From: Chrysomallon squamiferum | Lineage: Eukaryota; Animalia; Mollusca | DNA: 64,000 nt | Direction of reading: 5' to 3' | NCBI GenBank assembly: GCA_012295275.1 | Contig: CM022671.1 | Coordinates: 16,430,001-16,494,000 of the forward strand | Part shown: piece by piece, positions 25,149-37,947 of the stretch | Numbering within the stretch: the stretch's first letter is position 1 | Layout: every line of letters starts with the position of its first letter | Notes under the pieces: generated by a model | The model's input: the letters and a program-made list of their open reading frames with translations, nothing else | What the model was told of the DNA's origin: nothing | The model's database searches: none | Translations under genes and position numbers: made by a program

Positions 25149-26344
25149 TATATATGTGTGTGTGTGTGTATATACGCACACGCAGCCACACCTTTTTTGT
25201 TCTTAATTGTTATGTTTGACTTAGTGCTGTTTTGTTTTTAATATGCTCTTACGTCGTATTTTTCACAAACAGTAAAAAAGACAAACATATCAATATCTAT
25301 ATATATATTTTTTTGTTCTTATTTGGTGTGTTTGCTTAACAGCTTTTGTGTTTTTAATAAGCTTGTATGTCGTATGGTAAAAAAGACAAACAAAAACAAC
25401 AACAACAACACAGACGTGGGTGGGTGTATGGTACCTAAAACACATTTTATTCTTAACTCGTGGTGTCTGAATGCACATGTGGGTGTGTTCACTTACGTAT
25501 ATATATATATATGTAAATCGATTTATCTGTACATCTGAAATATTAATTACACTGGCTTATTGGTTTGGACAGCGGAATACGGTGAATCTTTCGAGCGCAC
25601 CAATAAAAACTGATTTGCAGAAGCTGTGGACAACAATACGTCGCTTCTCAGTCGATCCTGTGTTTTGCTCCTAAAGGCGATCGCATGTAAGTAGCTTTGC
25701 TGGTTTCTTTTCTTTCATGTGGTTTACTTTGAAATTAATCTGAGTAACGAAAAAGAGTAATTGATGAAGAGACGTTTGAAATAGGATTGTACTGAGATGA
25801 ATTTAGTCTTTTGTACTGTCTGGGTCGCAGTATGTTCTCCTGGAGATAACGTTTACGATTTTCTTTTTTTTCTTTTTTTTTTTTTTGAATTAAAAAAGAA
25901 AAGGAAAAAATACTAAGTAGCTGTACACTGACATCAGTACAAATGTTTGTGATGGCTATTAAATAAATTTTATGTTAAGTATAATTTTTATATACATTTC
26001 ATGTATTCAGAATGTATAGCAGGTTATACGATAGATGGACATAAAGGCATATAAATACATATATGCATAAGTAAACATACTCACATCGACACAAACGTAC
26101 GTACATACAAACATATAAACACGTGTGTGTGTGTATGTGTGTGTGTGGGTGTCTGTGTGTGTACATAAATTATTTCATATAAACGCACATATCCATACGC
26201 CTATATCCAGCGAAGGTTAGAGTACCGAATGCAGCGAGTTTTTACCGAGCTTCGTTCGCCATTCGTCATGAGAAAATATCTTAAGAAAGTATCCAGTTAT
26301 TTCTTTTATCCTGCAATCCTAACAAATTTGAATAGTTAGACATC

Positions 26345-26655
26345 TTCCCAGTCCCCAGGACAAAAGAACACAATTCAAAAATGCACAGTGGATTTTCAAG
26401 TAGGACAAAAACACCACAGTGAAAATGCAAGGTAGGAGAAAAGCAGAATCCCAGATGAAATGTATAGTTGGACGAACTCTATTTTAATCAAAGGTGGCGG
26501 GAAGAACTGTCCTACTAAGCATGTCATTGGAGGCCATCATTTTTACCTTGCTTTTTTCTCTCGGGTGGGGGTGGGGGGGGCTTTATTCCTACGTTGTATT
26601 TCTGCTGGGTGGTGTCTCGCTGAGCATTTTTGTCGTGGGGGCGTGTCCCAGGTGA
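26345..26655. mobile_element. Degraded MITE-like element with inverted subterminal repeats
   Basis: Left CCCCAGGACAAAAG and AATGCAAGGTAGGAGAAAAG are imperfect reverse complements of right TTTTTGTCGTGGGG and CTTTATTCCTACGTTGTATT. Confidence 0.45.
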
Positions 26656-28794
26656 TTCAAAAACCAAAAGTAACACACAGTTTTATTTCTCAACTCGTCG
26701 AGGGATTGTTTCGTTTACTCCTAGAAAAACTATAGTTCAAAACAAAATACTACTTAAATAACAACAGTGTATGTTACGTTTTTAAAGTGAAAACTGTTTT
26801 CAGAATAGTCTTTTAACATCCAAGCCAGCAATTAAACGCTAAAGGAATAATTTTTAGCAACACACACACACGCACACACGCACTTGTGAGTTTCAGTGTA
26901 TGTAAATAATAAGTATTTAACGATGTAAAAATAGTTCCGTTCCAAAAAGCTATATTATTGATAGTGATATAGAAATTTACCTAGTCATCACTATAGTGAT
27001 TGCAGGATATATATACATATTTGTATATATATGTGTCTGTGTATATATATATATATAGTCACACAAACACACACATATACTTCCCCGCATTTAAAATATC
27101 GGTGTACAAATCTTTTCTCAGTATTCATTATTTTATTTGTAATAATAATAATAACGTATCTTTAAAACACGCTTGTGTGCAAACGCAATAAAACGTAGTA
27201 TTAATGTCATAAAATGACACTAATGGATTCACATCTTTCACCAGCTCGATAGTGATGACGTTAACAACGTCTCATTTGTATGTGGAGAAGAAAAAAAAAC
27301 ACACCTAAATCTTTTGCACACAATTCAATATGACTATGACGACATTTCTGTACTTCTCATGGTGTGGTTATTAAGAATAAAAGAAAAACAATGCAATGGT
27401 CATCTCGCTTGAGTTACTAGCTTGTGGTAATAACAAACTCTTTCGAACGTACGACCAGCCGTAGGAGCGGTAATTTTTCTAATAATGTTGGCTGATTGAT
27501 ACCAATATAATAGTAGACGATGGTATTGGGGAAATTTGGCTGCCAACTGCAGAGCAATTTATATGAGTTCTTATATTGTTAACAACCCACGCTTACCAGA
27601 ACGACGCACCACACTGTTTTGTTCACCGATATTTCTTCTTTTTCTTCTTCTTTAGATCTGAATAAACTACAGTGACTGCACACCCTCTTTTCAATCTTGA
27701 ACCTAATCTTGCTGAATATTTATTTTATTAAAATTCTTTTACTATTGATTTTTCTCCAAAAAATGTTTCTTTCTTTCTTCTTCTTCTTTCTAAATAGAGT
27801 TATTTTCTTTTCAAATTAGAATCAATGACAGTAAACTGAACTCCTCTTCTAAACGACGGTACGGCCCCTGAAGCAGATTAACATTATAAGGTATGTCTGA
27901 AGTATATATATACATATATTTAACAGAACTGTCGGAAGACAACATCACGTGGATGTGATGAGTTAGTGAATAATAAATGAAGAAGCTGTCATTTATCATA
28001 ATGAACATCTTCTGATGGGAACATTATTTATTCAGGTTTGATTATTTGTAGACTTCTAGTTCAGACATGAAACAATTACACAGAACGCCTAAACCAATAT
28101 CGAGATTTGGAAAAATGGGAATCTTTGAATCAGTTCTCCAGAATTCTATCATTGGGTCATTTTTCGTTTCATCCAGTCAGACAACACTGAACAGTATTTA
28201 ATACTGAGGAATAACGCGAGTGATGTTTCAACTTATGTACGTGCATACAACGTACAAACGTTATTGTTAGTCTCCTTAAGGAACAAAACCACACGGGCGA
28301 GTTAAACAAAAACCAGCTAACAAAGCATTAATGACGAAATGCAAGGCGATGTCGTTAAAAATATTTGTTCATTCGCGAATACTGGGAACGTGGAATCGTG
28401 TTTCAGTAATTAGTTGTTGACTCGTGTTTTGATTTTCTCTAAATCGACATGCACGTTCACAATATCGATATTTCAATTAACTGCATCGTTTGAAAATGGA
28501 ATAAATCCTTCTGCTGCAAAGGAATAAAGCCTTTTCCTGATACATTCTGTAATTACCTTCTGTGAAACTTGGTGTTTTATACATGTAAATCCTTTGTAAA
28601 GTGTTATTTTACTTTCTTCATTACAGCTTTCTTTTTTTCTCTCTCTCTCTCTCTCACTTATCATTAAGCTAATATGGCTCGGGTAAACTTTCTGTTATTT
28701 TCTTTTAACAGATTCAAACTGCACGTAAACTGCAATTACACGAAGAATCTCAGCGGATTTAACTCATTTACTAAAATCTTGTTTTTCATTTCAG

Positions 28795-29668
28795 TTCTCA
28801 AGGAGAGAAGTCAAATGTTCCGGTCATGACAATTTATCAACGGGAGACTACTCTGATCAGTTTTCTGCTGTGACAAATTATCAAATTAATTAATAACTGA
28901 TACTACTGGTAGATTTCGCCAACCACGCTGTAAAAATAAAGGATATTACGAACACAGCTGTGAAAGCTAAAAAGTTGTAACTTAATTTGAAAGAGTGAGA
29001 ATTTAAATTGATTACGACATCTTTTATTTCTACTGGAAATTGACGTATTTTGTGAAAGAGTGAAAATTAAATTTTTGAGATGGAAATCTAATTTTACTAC
29101 ATCTTCAACAACAACGATACTAAAGGCTCGGAAATCGTGTCCAGTCGCTTTGAATCAAAGATCGCTGGATTGATCTGTTAAAGAATAGTACACGGCTAGT
29201 GTCATTCTGAATGGATTGTTCTTGAGAAAACAATTCCCATGAGTAGCTAACGTTTTTCCAAACTGTTTCTCAGTTTTGTATCGACTAACGTTTCAAATTC
29301 ACCATTCTGTCAACAACTTCGAGAAGCTAGACAACTGAACGTATTAAAAAATGAATACTTATATAGAAAAAATAACAAGTTGAGCAACAGCCAAAAGAAC
29401 TAAAAACAAACATATTAATGAAATATCTTAGTAAAACACATCTGTACATTTAAAAAAATAACACTATCTAGGAAATATATATATATATCTGAACATAAAA
29501 CGTTATTATTAAAATTACGGTTATAAAAATGTAATACGACTTCGAGAGAAATAATTATATGAAAACACAATGATAGATTCTTTACTTCAATCAAAACCCG
29601 TTTCTTGAAAACAAACAACTGGTAGCGGAGATTCTGTGAATTGAAGATTTGATTAGATTACCAGGGAG
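28795..29668 (+). other. Putative long non-coding 5' UTR exon of the + strand GPCR
   Basis: Acceptor gtttttcatttcag| at 28794/28795 and donor GAG|gtaaaa at 29668/29669. The next acceptor, tcattacag| at 29811, precedes ATG 30017. Confidence 0.35.
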
Positions 29669-30016
29669 GTAAAAAAAAAAGTATGAACGAAAAGAAAAAT
29701 GACATCACTGTAACAGATTCTTGTGTATCTGAGGATTCAGGCATCAATTAATTTTTGCATATTTGATCATATACGGAAATGCATGACTATGTAATTATTA
29801 TATCATTACAGCAGAAAGAGATAAGCAGTCATCATAGAACTGGTGCCAGCTAATTCTGAACAGCAGTGTTGTAATAATCCATTTACGAAACAAATACGAC
29901 AGAACAAACAGCGACACTGAACGTGTACGTACAAATAATAATCAAAATAATGGCGTCCCAGATCTGTTCACTTCTCTCAAATACTTTATTTTAAGAAAGC
30001 AAATACTTTTTCGAAA

Positions 30017-31051
30017 ATGGAAGTTGCCTCCAGTCTTGAATATGACAATGAAAGTTTTCCCAGTAAGGACTATGACTGGAATAATTACAACATAAACGGA
30101 ACTTACGATTTGTTAAAATTCGTTCTGGCTGTTAACCGCTATCTGATGCCCACCATCGCGTGTCTTGGTATTATTGGTAACATTTGTTCTTTCATAGTGT
30201 TTCTTTTCACATCCTTCAAATACCTGCCCATGACGTTGTATCTTGCCGTTCTGGCCATCTCCGACACCGGATTTTTAGCCGCGGTCCTGATGGCTTGGTT
30301 GTCCAGCATACACCCAGTTGTCGCCCTTTATCCTGGCTACTGCCACGTCATGGTTTACATCACGTACGTGTGCGGGTTTCTGTCAGCGTGGTACATTGTC
30401 CTGATGATGCTAGAACGCTACATCGTCGTGTGCCACCCGCTGAGGGCTCCCAGGATCTGCAGCAGACTTCGCTGTCGGTTGGTGGTCGCTATCGTCACGG
30501 CGTTTGCGCTGATTCTCTACATCCACAGCTTCTTGTCCACGTTTGCGAGCACGATGCCATCCGCGCACTGCTCTTCCAAGCTGACGTACCTGCAGTTCAA
30601 CGTCATGTTCACCTACTTCGACTCCCTCGTCACCTTCGTCGTTCCTTTCATAGCCATACTAATTCTCAACATCAGAATAATTCTCGCGGTGAGGAACTTT
30701 CGGAAGAAACATCACCCGATTCACGACTTCTGCGTCCACCATTCCGAGCCGGGAGTCCTGACTCGAGCTCAGGTGAGAACTACGAAAATGCTGGTGCTCG
30801 TGTCCACCGTGTTCTTGGTGTTGTATCTGCCCAGCCACGCCTTCAGAATCTACCTTCTGGTCTTCGGTCTTGTCAACAACATCACCATGTACGAGTTCGA
30901 GTACAACCAGAACCAGTTCACGGCGCAGCAGATATGTCAGCTTCCGTACTACGTGAACTTTGCCGTGGATTTCCTCGTCTACAGCATCACCAGCAATGCC
31001 TTCAGGAGGAACGTTGTTAAACTGTTCAGGAGGATCTGTAAGAATGACTAA
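30017..31051 (+). CDS. Class A (rhodopsin-like) 7TM peptide GPCR, CNMamide-receptor/FMRFamide-receptor-like, 344 aa, intronless CDS
   Basis: Seven hydrophobic segments; GIIGN (TM1), YLAVLAISDTGFL (TM2), ERYIVVCHPL (DRY variant), TKMLVLVSTVFLVLYLPS (TM6), NFAVDFLVY (TM7). Cys pair in TM3/ECL2; N-terminal sequons NES and NGT; AATAAA at 31580-31585. The subfamily call rests on remembered motif resemblance only. Confidence 0.93.
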   Translation: MEVASSLEYDNESFPSKDYDWNNYNINGTYDLLKFVLAVNRYLMPTIACLGIIGNICSFIVFLFTSFKYLPMTLYLAVLAISDTGFLAAVLMAWLSSIHPVVALYPGYCHVMVYITYVCGFLSAWYIVLMMLERYIVVCHPLRAPRICSRLRCRLVVAIVTAFALILYIHSFLSTFASTMPSAHCSSKLTYLQFNVMFTYFDSLVTFVVPFIAILILNIRIILAVRNFRKKHHPIHDFCVHHSEPGVLTRAQVRTTKMLVLVSTVFLVLYLPSHAFRIYLLVFGLVNNITMYEFEYNQNQFTAQQICQLPYYVNFAVDFLVYSITSNAFRRNVVKLFRRICKND

Positions 31052-31598
31052 AAGAAATTTTTGTTTAACTTCAAGAGATGAAAAAGTGAAATAGAGACAA
31101 GAGTTTTAAAACAGTGACTTGCAGAACAGCGTGAAAAGAAGAAGAAGAAGAAGAAGAAGAAGAAAAACAACGATAAATATATTAATTATGTTGTTCTTTG
31201 CAGTAGTATATATACAAAAATGACGCAACGATATAGAGAGACAGAAGGTTTTGTGAAACATATAGCAACTACACTGAGAAAGAGAGACAAAAAGAGAGGT
31301 TTAGACAAAAGAGCGACAGAAAATCAGAAACGTGTGATACGGAAAAAAAAAAGAGAGAGAGAGCTAGATATTTCATGTTTCACTATTTTGTCAACTAAAT
31401 AATTTACAGATTGAACAATATGCATATATATTACATGCAAATGTAGTTTAAAGATACCTATCTTTAGTTTTATATATATATATTATATTATGTTATGTTA
31501 TATTATATTACATTATATTATCTATATATAATCTTATTTAGTCTTGTCAGTATTTGTTTTTTCTGTTTTAATGATGTAGAATAAAATATAAAATATTG

Positions 31599-31643
<45 letters not shown>

Positions 31644-32109
31644 TTTACTTATTTATTTTATTTTATTTATTTTTATTAAAAAATTTCTAACTGACTGTGG
31701 AAGCTGTTGTAACAAAATCAATACTTTGTTTTCAAAATGTTCGTAATGGAGAAATTTTAATGATACATCTGGAACTTTTACAGACGCAAAAAAACCCCTT
31801 TAGTTTGCCAAGGCAATCATATACAAAACATCAAAATAATAATAAGATATAAATTTGTTCTTGCTAGAAAAATAATAACAACAGCGGCAACAACATGAAA
31901 AAAAAAAATAATAATAATAAAAAAAGTTAGAAAGAAAGAAAAAGAAAATGGAAACAGAAAACATCATATGCATTTCAAACATCTAAGTGATACTTGTACT
32001 GTGTCTGACTACCAGTCTTTGCTAATGATAAAGTATAACATTAAATTAACTGACATGATGTAGCAAGAGTGCTACAATTCAACATTCTTTCATATTGCAA
32101 TTATATCCA

Positions 32110-32155
<46 letters not shown>

Positions 32156-34210
32156 TTGTACAAAACAAAATCCCCGACAGACTGAGTTTATGATAATTCT
32201 AAGATGATTCAGTATTATTTTGGTTTATTTATTTACTTACTTATTTACTTATTACTTTCTAATTTACTTACTTTCCTATTTATTTATTTATTTATTTATT
32301 GTTGTTAAGCTTAATTCTTAGGTTATTTTTTTTAATTTTATTTTTTAAAGTTATTTTTATACTGCTGAAAAATGTGCCCCAAAAAAAGCCATTTAATATC
32401 ATTATGCATGTAAACGAAACGAGATTTGTTTTATTAATCTTATTTAATACATCGTGAAATATCCGTTTTGCTTAATTTCTTACTCATATTAAACGGATAA
32501 GTTCAGTAAACCAATACGGGGGAAATGTCGCTGTATTTGCATTCACAAATATCATTTGATTTATGACGTTACGGACAAACACCGTGGCCAGTGTTTTAGA
32601 AAATTTAGTTAACAGTGAAATATGATGTGTCTGCACTGGACAGACACACAGAGGTAATGTTATATATGATAACACTACTTTGTCTTCCACTGATAGCTCT
32701 GTTATTGTTGTACACTGAAATAAAAGAACAAACAAACAAACAAACAGTACTTTTGTACACGACAGACAATCTCGTTGTTAACTTAAACAGTTACCGTCTG
32801 AAACGTCGACAGGACTTTGTCGTTACTGAAGTAGACGCTGCAGTGAAATCAGAGGCAATGGAGTACGCCAGCGAGATGTTGTTGTGAAAGGCACAGACGT
32901 TGTTAACTCGGGCACTTTGTCTGATATGAATGACGCCGTTGATTCAGACGAATCGAATTAGTGTAAATGTGAGGCAATGAACTTAGTCATCAGGTTTTTT
33001 TTCTGTTGACGAAGTCAATAAGTTTATACCGACTGAGTCGTTGGTGTTTTTTTATGTAGATTATTATTTTTGTATTTAGTCTTCATTGGATTAAGAATAA
33101 ATACATATAGTCTAAGAATCTATTTAATAATAATAATAATAATAATAAAATAATAACAATAATAATGATGATGTTGATGTAGTGATAGTCAAAGTAGTAG
33201 AAACAATAACATAAATATTTGATGATGACTACAATGATGATGATGATAAAGATAACGATGATAACAAACTGATAATATTAGAACGTGAAAAAAAAAATAA
33301 AAGATTTAATATCATTATAAATCTTTTTGTTTGTTTGTTTAATCTGATTCGTATATGATTGTCTTTTTGCGTTGTAAATCAAACAAACAAAAAAACGAAA
33401 AAATAAAAAACATACCACATAAACAGAAGACAAATAAAAACACAATAAATTGTTTATAAGACTGTTGATAAATCGAAAACTCAAAATCCTCCAATGCCAA
33501 GAAAATAAAAACCAGTTCTTTCCAGACAACGATATTTTTCTCCTCATTTATTAAGTTCGTCGACCCTGAAAACGGCTTAATGTTGCCTCCACTGCTGGAA
33601 ATGACAGGCAATCTGGAATTAACTTTCTCCCGTGCACAGCAATTTCTCAAATGAAGCCAGCTTTAACGCTCGGCGTTCGTCGGAATGTCCGCAGCTTGAT
33701 GATCAGCACTATTGTGAGTTTGTTAAAGCAGACCACGATCCTAATTAAATACGGAAATATCAGGTCACTGGCTTCTGCTTTTGTGTAGCAGTGCTTGTGT
33801 GAATGATTATTTTGTGTTATAATTTGAAAATATAAAAACGTAAAGTTTTTCTTCTCGTGTTTTTATTGTTTTTTTTTTTTTTTTAATTTTAGATATTTGT
33901 ATTATATGTTATTATATGCATACAAACATGAAGATACGCATGTGCGCGTCCGGAAATGCTTCCACCCATAAATACATACATGCACATAATAAATATATAT
34001 ACATATTTGCTATAGATAGTTAGCTGATCATTTATTTTAATATAATATTTATTACTCGCCATTCATTATGGACATTGTTTTAATACGTTCATTTACGAAA
34101 AGACATTTATAGAGGTAGGAAAATGTTTTAAACAAAGAAAATACAAAACCAAAACAAAATATTACCTAGAATACTAAAAACCAAAACAACAACAACAAAA
34201 AATAAATTTA

Positions 34211-34312
<102 letters not shown>

Positions 34313-34913
34313 TTAAAAAGGAAATAAAAGGTGTGATACAGAACAATAATACTGTACTGCATCAAAAGTTTTAAAAAAAAAAAAAAGAAGTAAAAAATGG
34401 AAGACGTCATAGCAGCCATGAATATAATTTCCTTGAAGAAATTAGTTTTCTTATGAAGAAAAACCTCGCCAGCAAAAAATAGGTGTCAGCCGCGATTACC
34501 CCCACCCTCCCTAGATTCCTATAACTGCGGGAAGTTAAACATCTTATTAAAATTAATTTCCCTCGTTCCTCTCCCATCTTCCGTGGGCAAAAACTCTGTA
34601 AACATTTTACATCTAGTTTCGATGAACGTAATTACAAGTTAGAAAACACGAAGAAAAAAGTCTCAGTGTACATTATTAACTTCAGAAAGGAATGTTAAAG
34701 TGCTAGGCTACTATAATTTTCTGTTGTTTGGAAGGAGATAATAAAAAAAATATATATAATAATAATAATAATAACAATCAGAAAGTTATCACCAAGCAAA
34801 CCAGAATGGAAATTGAGGACCTGCGTATAACAAAGGAAGTCATCTCTTGGGAAATTGTTTCAAGAAAATTACACAGTAGACAAATGGTACGTACACATGC
34901 AACACTTTGTGTT

Positions 34914-35100
34914 GTCTTGGTGGCCGAGTGGTATCGTTGTCCGCCTATGCAATGCGGCGAGCGGATGTCATACGTTCGAATCTCGACAGCGGTATCTGAT
35001 GTGTTGTGAGGTCGTGAATGGACTTCGTCCTCTTGTGTCAGTATTGTCTATTCAGACGTACATACACAGAGAATAGTCATGCCTAAATACATACATGCAT
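34914..35100 (+). mobile_element. tRNA-derived SINE (Pol III A and B boxes)
   Basis: A box TGGCCGAGTGG at 34921-34931 and B box GTTCGAATC at 34974-34982, with a CCGC/GCGG stem between them. A non-tRNA body and a TACA-rich tail follow. No proper acceptor stem. Confidence 0.75.
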
Positions 35101-36835
35101 ACACAGAGAATAGTCATGCCTAAATACATCCATACATACACAGAGAATAGTCATGCTTAAATACATGCATGCATACACAGAGAATAGTCATGCTTAAATA
35201 CATACATACATACACAGAGAATAGTCATGCCTAAATACATCCATACATACACAGAGAATAGTCATGCCTAAATACATCCATACATACACAGAGAATAGTC
35301 ATGCTTAAATACATCCATACATACACAGAGAATAGTCATGCTTAAATACATCCATACATACACAGAGAATAGTCATGCCTAAATACATCCATACATACAC
35401 AGAGAATAGTCATGCTTAAATACATGCATGCATACACAGAGAATAGTCATGCTTAAATACATGCATGCATACACAGAGAATAGTCATGCTTAAATACATA
35501 CATACATACACAGAGAATAGTCATGCCTAAATACATCCATGCATACACAGAGAATAGTCATGCCTAAATACATCCATGCATACACAGAGAATAGTCATGC
35601 TTAAATACATGCATGCATACACAGAGAATAGTCATGCTTAAATACATACATACATACACAGAGAATAGTCATGCCTAAATACATCCATACATACACAGAG
35701 AATAGTCATGTCTAAATACATCCATACATACACAGAGAATAGTCATGTCTAAATACATCCATACATACACAGAGAATAGTCATGTCTAAATACATGCATA
35801 CATAAATACATACATGCATACATACACAGAGAATAGTCATGGCTAAATACATGCATACATACACAGAGAATAGTCATGCCTAAATACAAATGCATACATA
35901 GTCATGCCTAAATACATCCATGCATACACAGAGAATAGTCATGAAATACATCATGCATACACAGAGAATAGTCATAAATACATGCATACATACACAGAGA
36001 ATAGTCATGCCAAATACATCCATACATACACAGAGAATAGTCATGCCTAAATACATCCATACATACACAGAGAATAGTCATGTCTAAATACATCCATAAT
36101 ACACAGAGAATAGTCATGTCAAATACATACATACAGAGAATAGTCATGTCTAAATACATGCATACATACACAGAGAATAGTCATGGCTAAATATACATGC
36201 ATACATACACAGAGAATAGTCATGCATGCATATAATACATGCCTAAATACACACATACATACACAGAGAATAGTCATGCTTAAATACATCCATACATACA
36301 CAGAGAATAGTCATGCCTAAATACATGCATGCATACACAGAGAATAGTCATCAAATACATGCATGCATACACATAGTCATGCATACATACACACACAGAA
36401 ATAGTCATGCCTAAATACATCCATACATACACAGAGAATAGTCATGCTTAAATACATGCATGCATACACAGAGAATAGTCATGCTTAAATACATACATAC
36501 ATACACAGAGAATAGTCATGCCTAAATACATCCATACATACACAGAGAATAGTCATGCCTAAATACATCCATACATACACAGAGAATAGTCATGTCTAAA
36601 TACATCCATACATACACAGAGAATAGTCATGTCTAAATACATCCATACATACACAGAGAATAGTCATGTCTAAATACATCCATACATACACAGAGAATAG
36701 TCATGTCTAAATACATCCATACATACACAGAGAATAGTCATGCTTAAATACATGCATGCATACACAGAGAATAGTCATGCCTAAATACATACATACATAC
36801 ACAGAGAATAATCATGCCTAAATACATACAAGCAT
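35062..36835. repeat. 37-bp satellite, roughly 48 copies (ACACAGAGAATAGTCATGCCTAAATACATCCATACAT)
   Basis: Read directly; contiguous with the 3' end of the SINE. Confidence 0.97.
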
Positions 36836-37340
36836 ACAAATACACATAAAATAAATAAAATGAAACCACTCTGAGATCTGGACTTTTAACAAATGCATCC
36901 AGTTCTTTGAAGACATTTCGTCATTCACAGTATGTTGTCCAAATAATATTGCAGATTTTAGAACTGTATTATTCAATTTGATGTTTATATATTTATTTAT
37001 TCTTCTACAACTATGTTAAAGACATATCACAATTTCGCAATAATATGTATTTATTTTCTTCTGAAAATTACCATAAACAGACTTTTAAAAAAATTGATTC
37101 TGCATTAGTGATAAATAAAACTTATTTCTGACGCAAGTGTTATTTTACAAGTGGATATGGAGTGTAGTTCTGAAATGTGTAATTTTTGTATGACTTTACG
37201 CGTTGGCGCAGTTAATTGACACAATCATGTGTAATATGCGGGCTGTAGTCTGTCCGTTTTGTTCACTGAATTCTAATCAGAAGTGACACGCAATGAAAAC
37301 ATTTCTCTAACTAGATTCTTTTTTAGTTGTGAGTAAAGAT

Positions 37341-37411
<71 letters not shown>

Positions 37412-37532
37412 TTTGTTGGTTGGTTTGTCTGTTTGTTTATTTAAGAACTAATTAATTACTTTGTCTCTATTAATCAAAGAAATGGACAATTCTTATCGAT
37501 TAGTGGTAATCACGGCTTTGATGAATAAGTGG

Positions 37533-37641
37533 GTGTCTCGGTGGCCGAATATTGTCTATGCAAAGTCTGTTCAGACGTACACACGACAGAGAATATTCAA
37601 AATCCTAAACTACATTCATATATACATAGATACTTACATAG

Positions 37642-37665
<24 letters not shown>
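37533..37665 (+). mobile_element. Internally deleted copy of the same SINE
   Basis: The head GTCTCGGTGGCCGA is joined directly to TATTGTCTAT...GTTCAGACGTACACACGACAGAGAATATTCAAAATCCTAAACTACAT plus a TACA tail. These match 34914-34927 and 35042-35095. Confidence 0.7.
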
Positions 37666-37672
<7 letters not shown>

Positions 37673-37916
37673 TATATATGTACATTCATACACACACACA
37701 CACACAGAAAAAGGACACATTTTTATAAGTAAAGAGAATCTAGAAGCTGAGATTAAAGAAAACGGGATACTTCTGATGAAATTAAACAAAATACTACAGT
37801 ATGTTCCTTACACTCTGTACTTCCGTACTCAAACAGCAATCAATATTACTGACATTACGAAAGCCGCTTAACATTTTACTCTTTTTTATTTATTTATTTG
37901 TATTATTATTTAATTT

Positions 37917-37947
<31 letters not shown>

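Noticed and set aside
30184-31020. 278-aa overlapping ORF within the GPCR
   Set aside because: It starts at TTG and lies in the frame where stops need T at the GPCR's third codon position. The strong C/G-ending codon bias explains the absence of stops, and the product is unrecognisable.
32740-33790. CpG-richer complex patches (also ~60640-60950) as exons or ncRNAs
   Set aside because: No consistent splice pairs, credible ORF or recognisable RNA family. They may be regulatory, but this cannot be supported from sequence alone.
34914-34992. Functional tRNA gene
   Set aside because: A and B boxes are present, but there is no convincing acceptor stem, the anticodon loop is irregular, and there is no T-run terminator. 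It continues into a SINE body, and a second related copy lies nearby.
35062-36835. 37-bp repeat array as a CRISPR array (also the 34-bp and 28-bp arrays)
   Set aside because: The units are head-to-tail with no unique spacers, there are no cas genes, and the context is eukaryotic.
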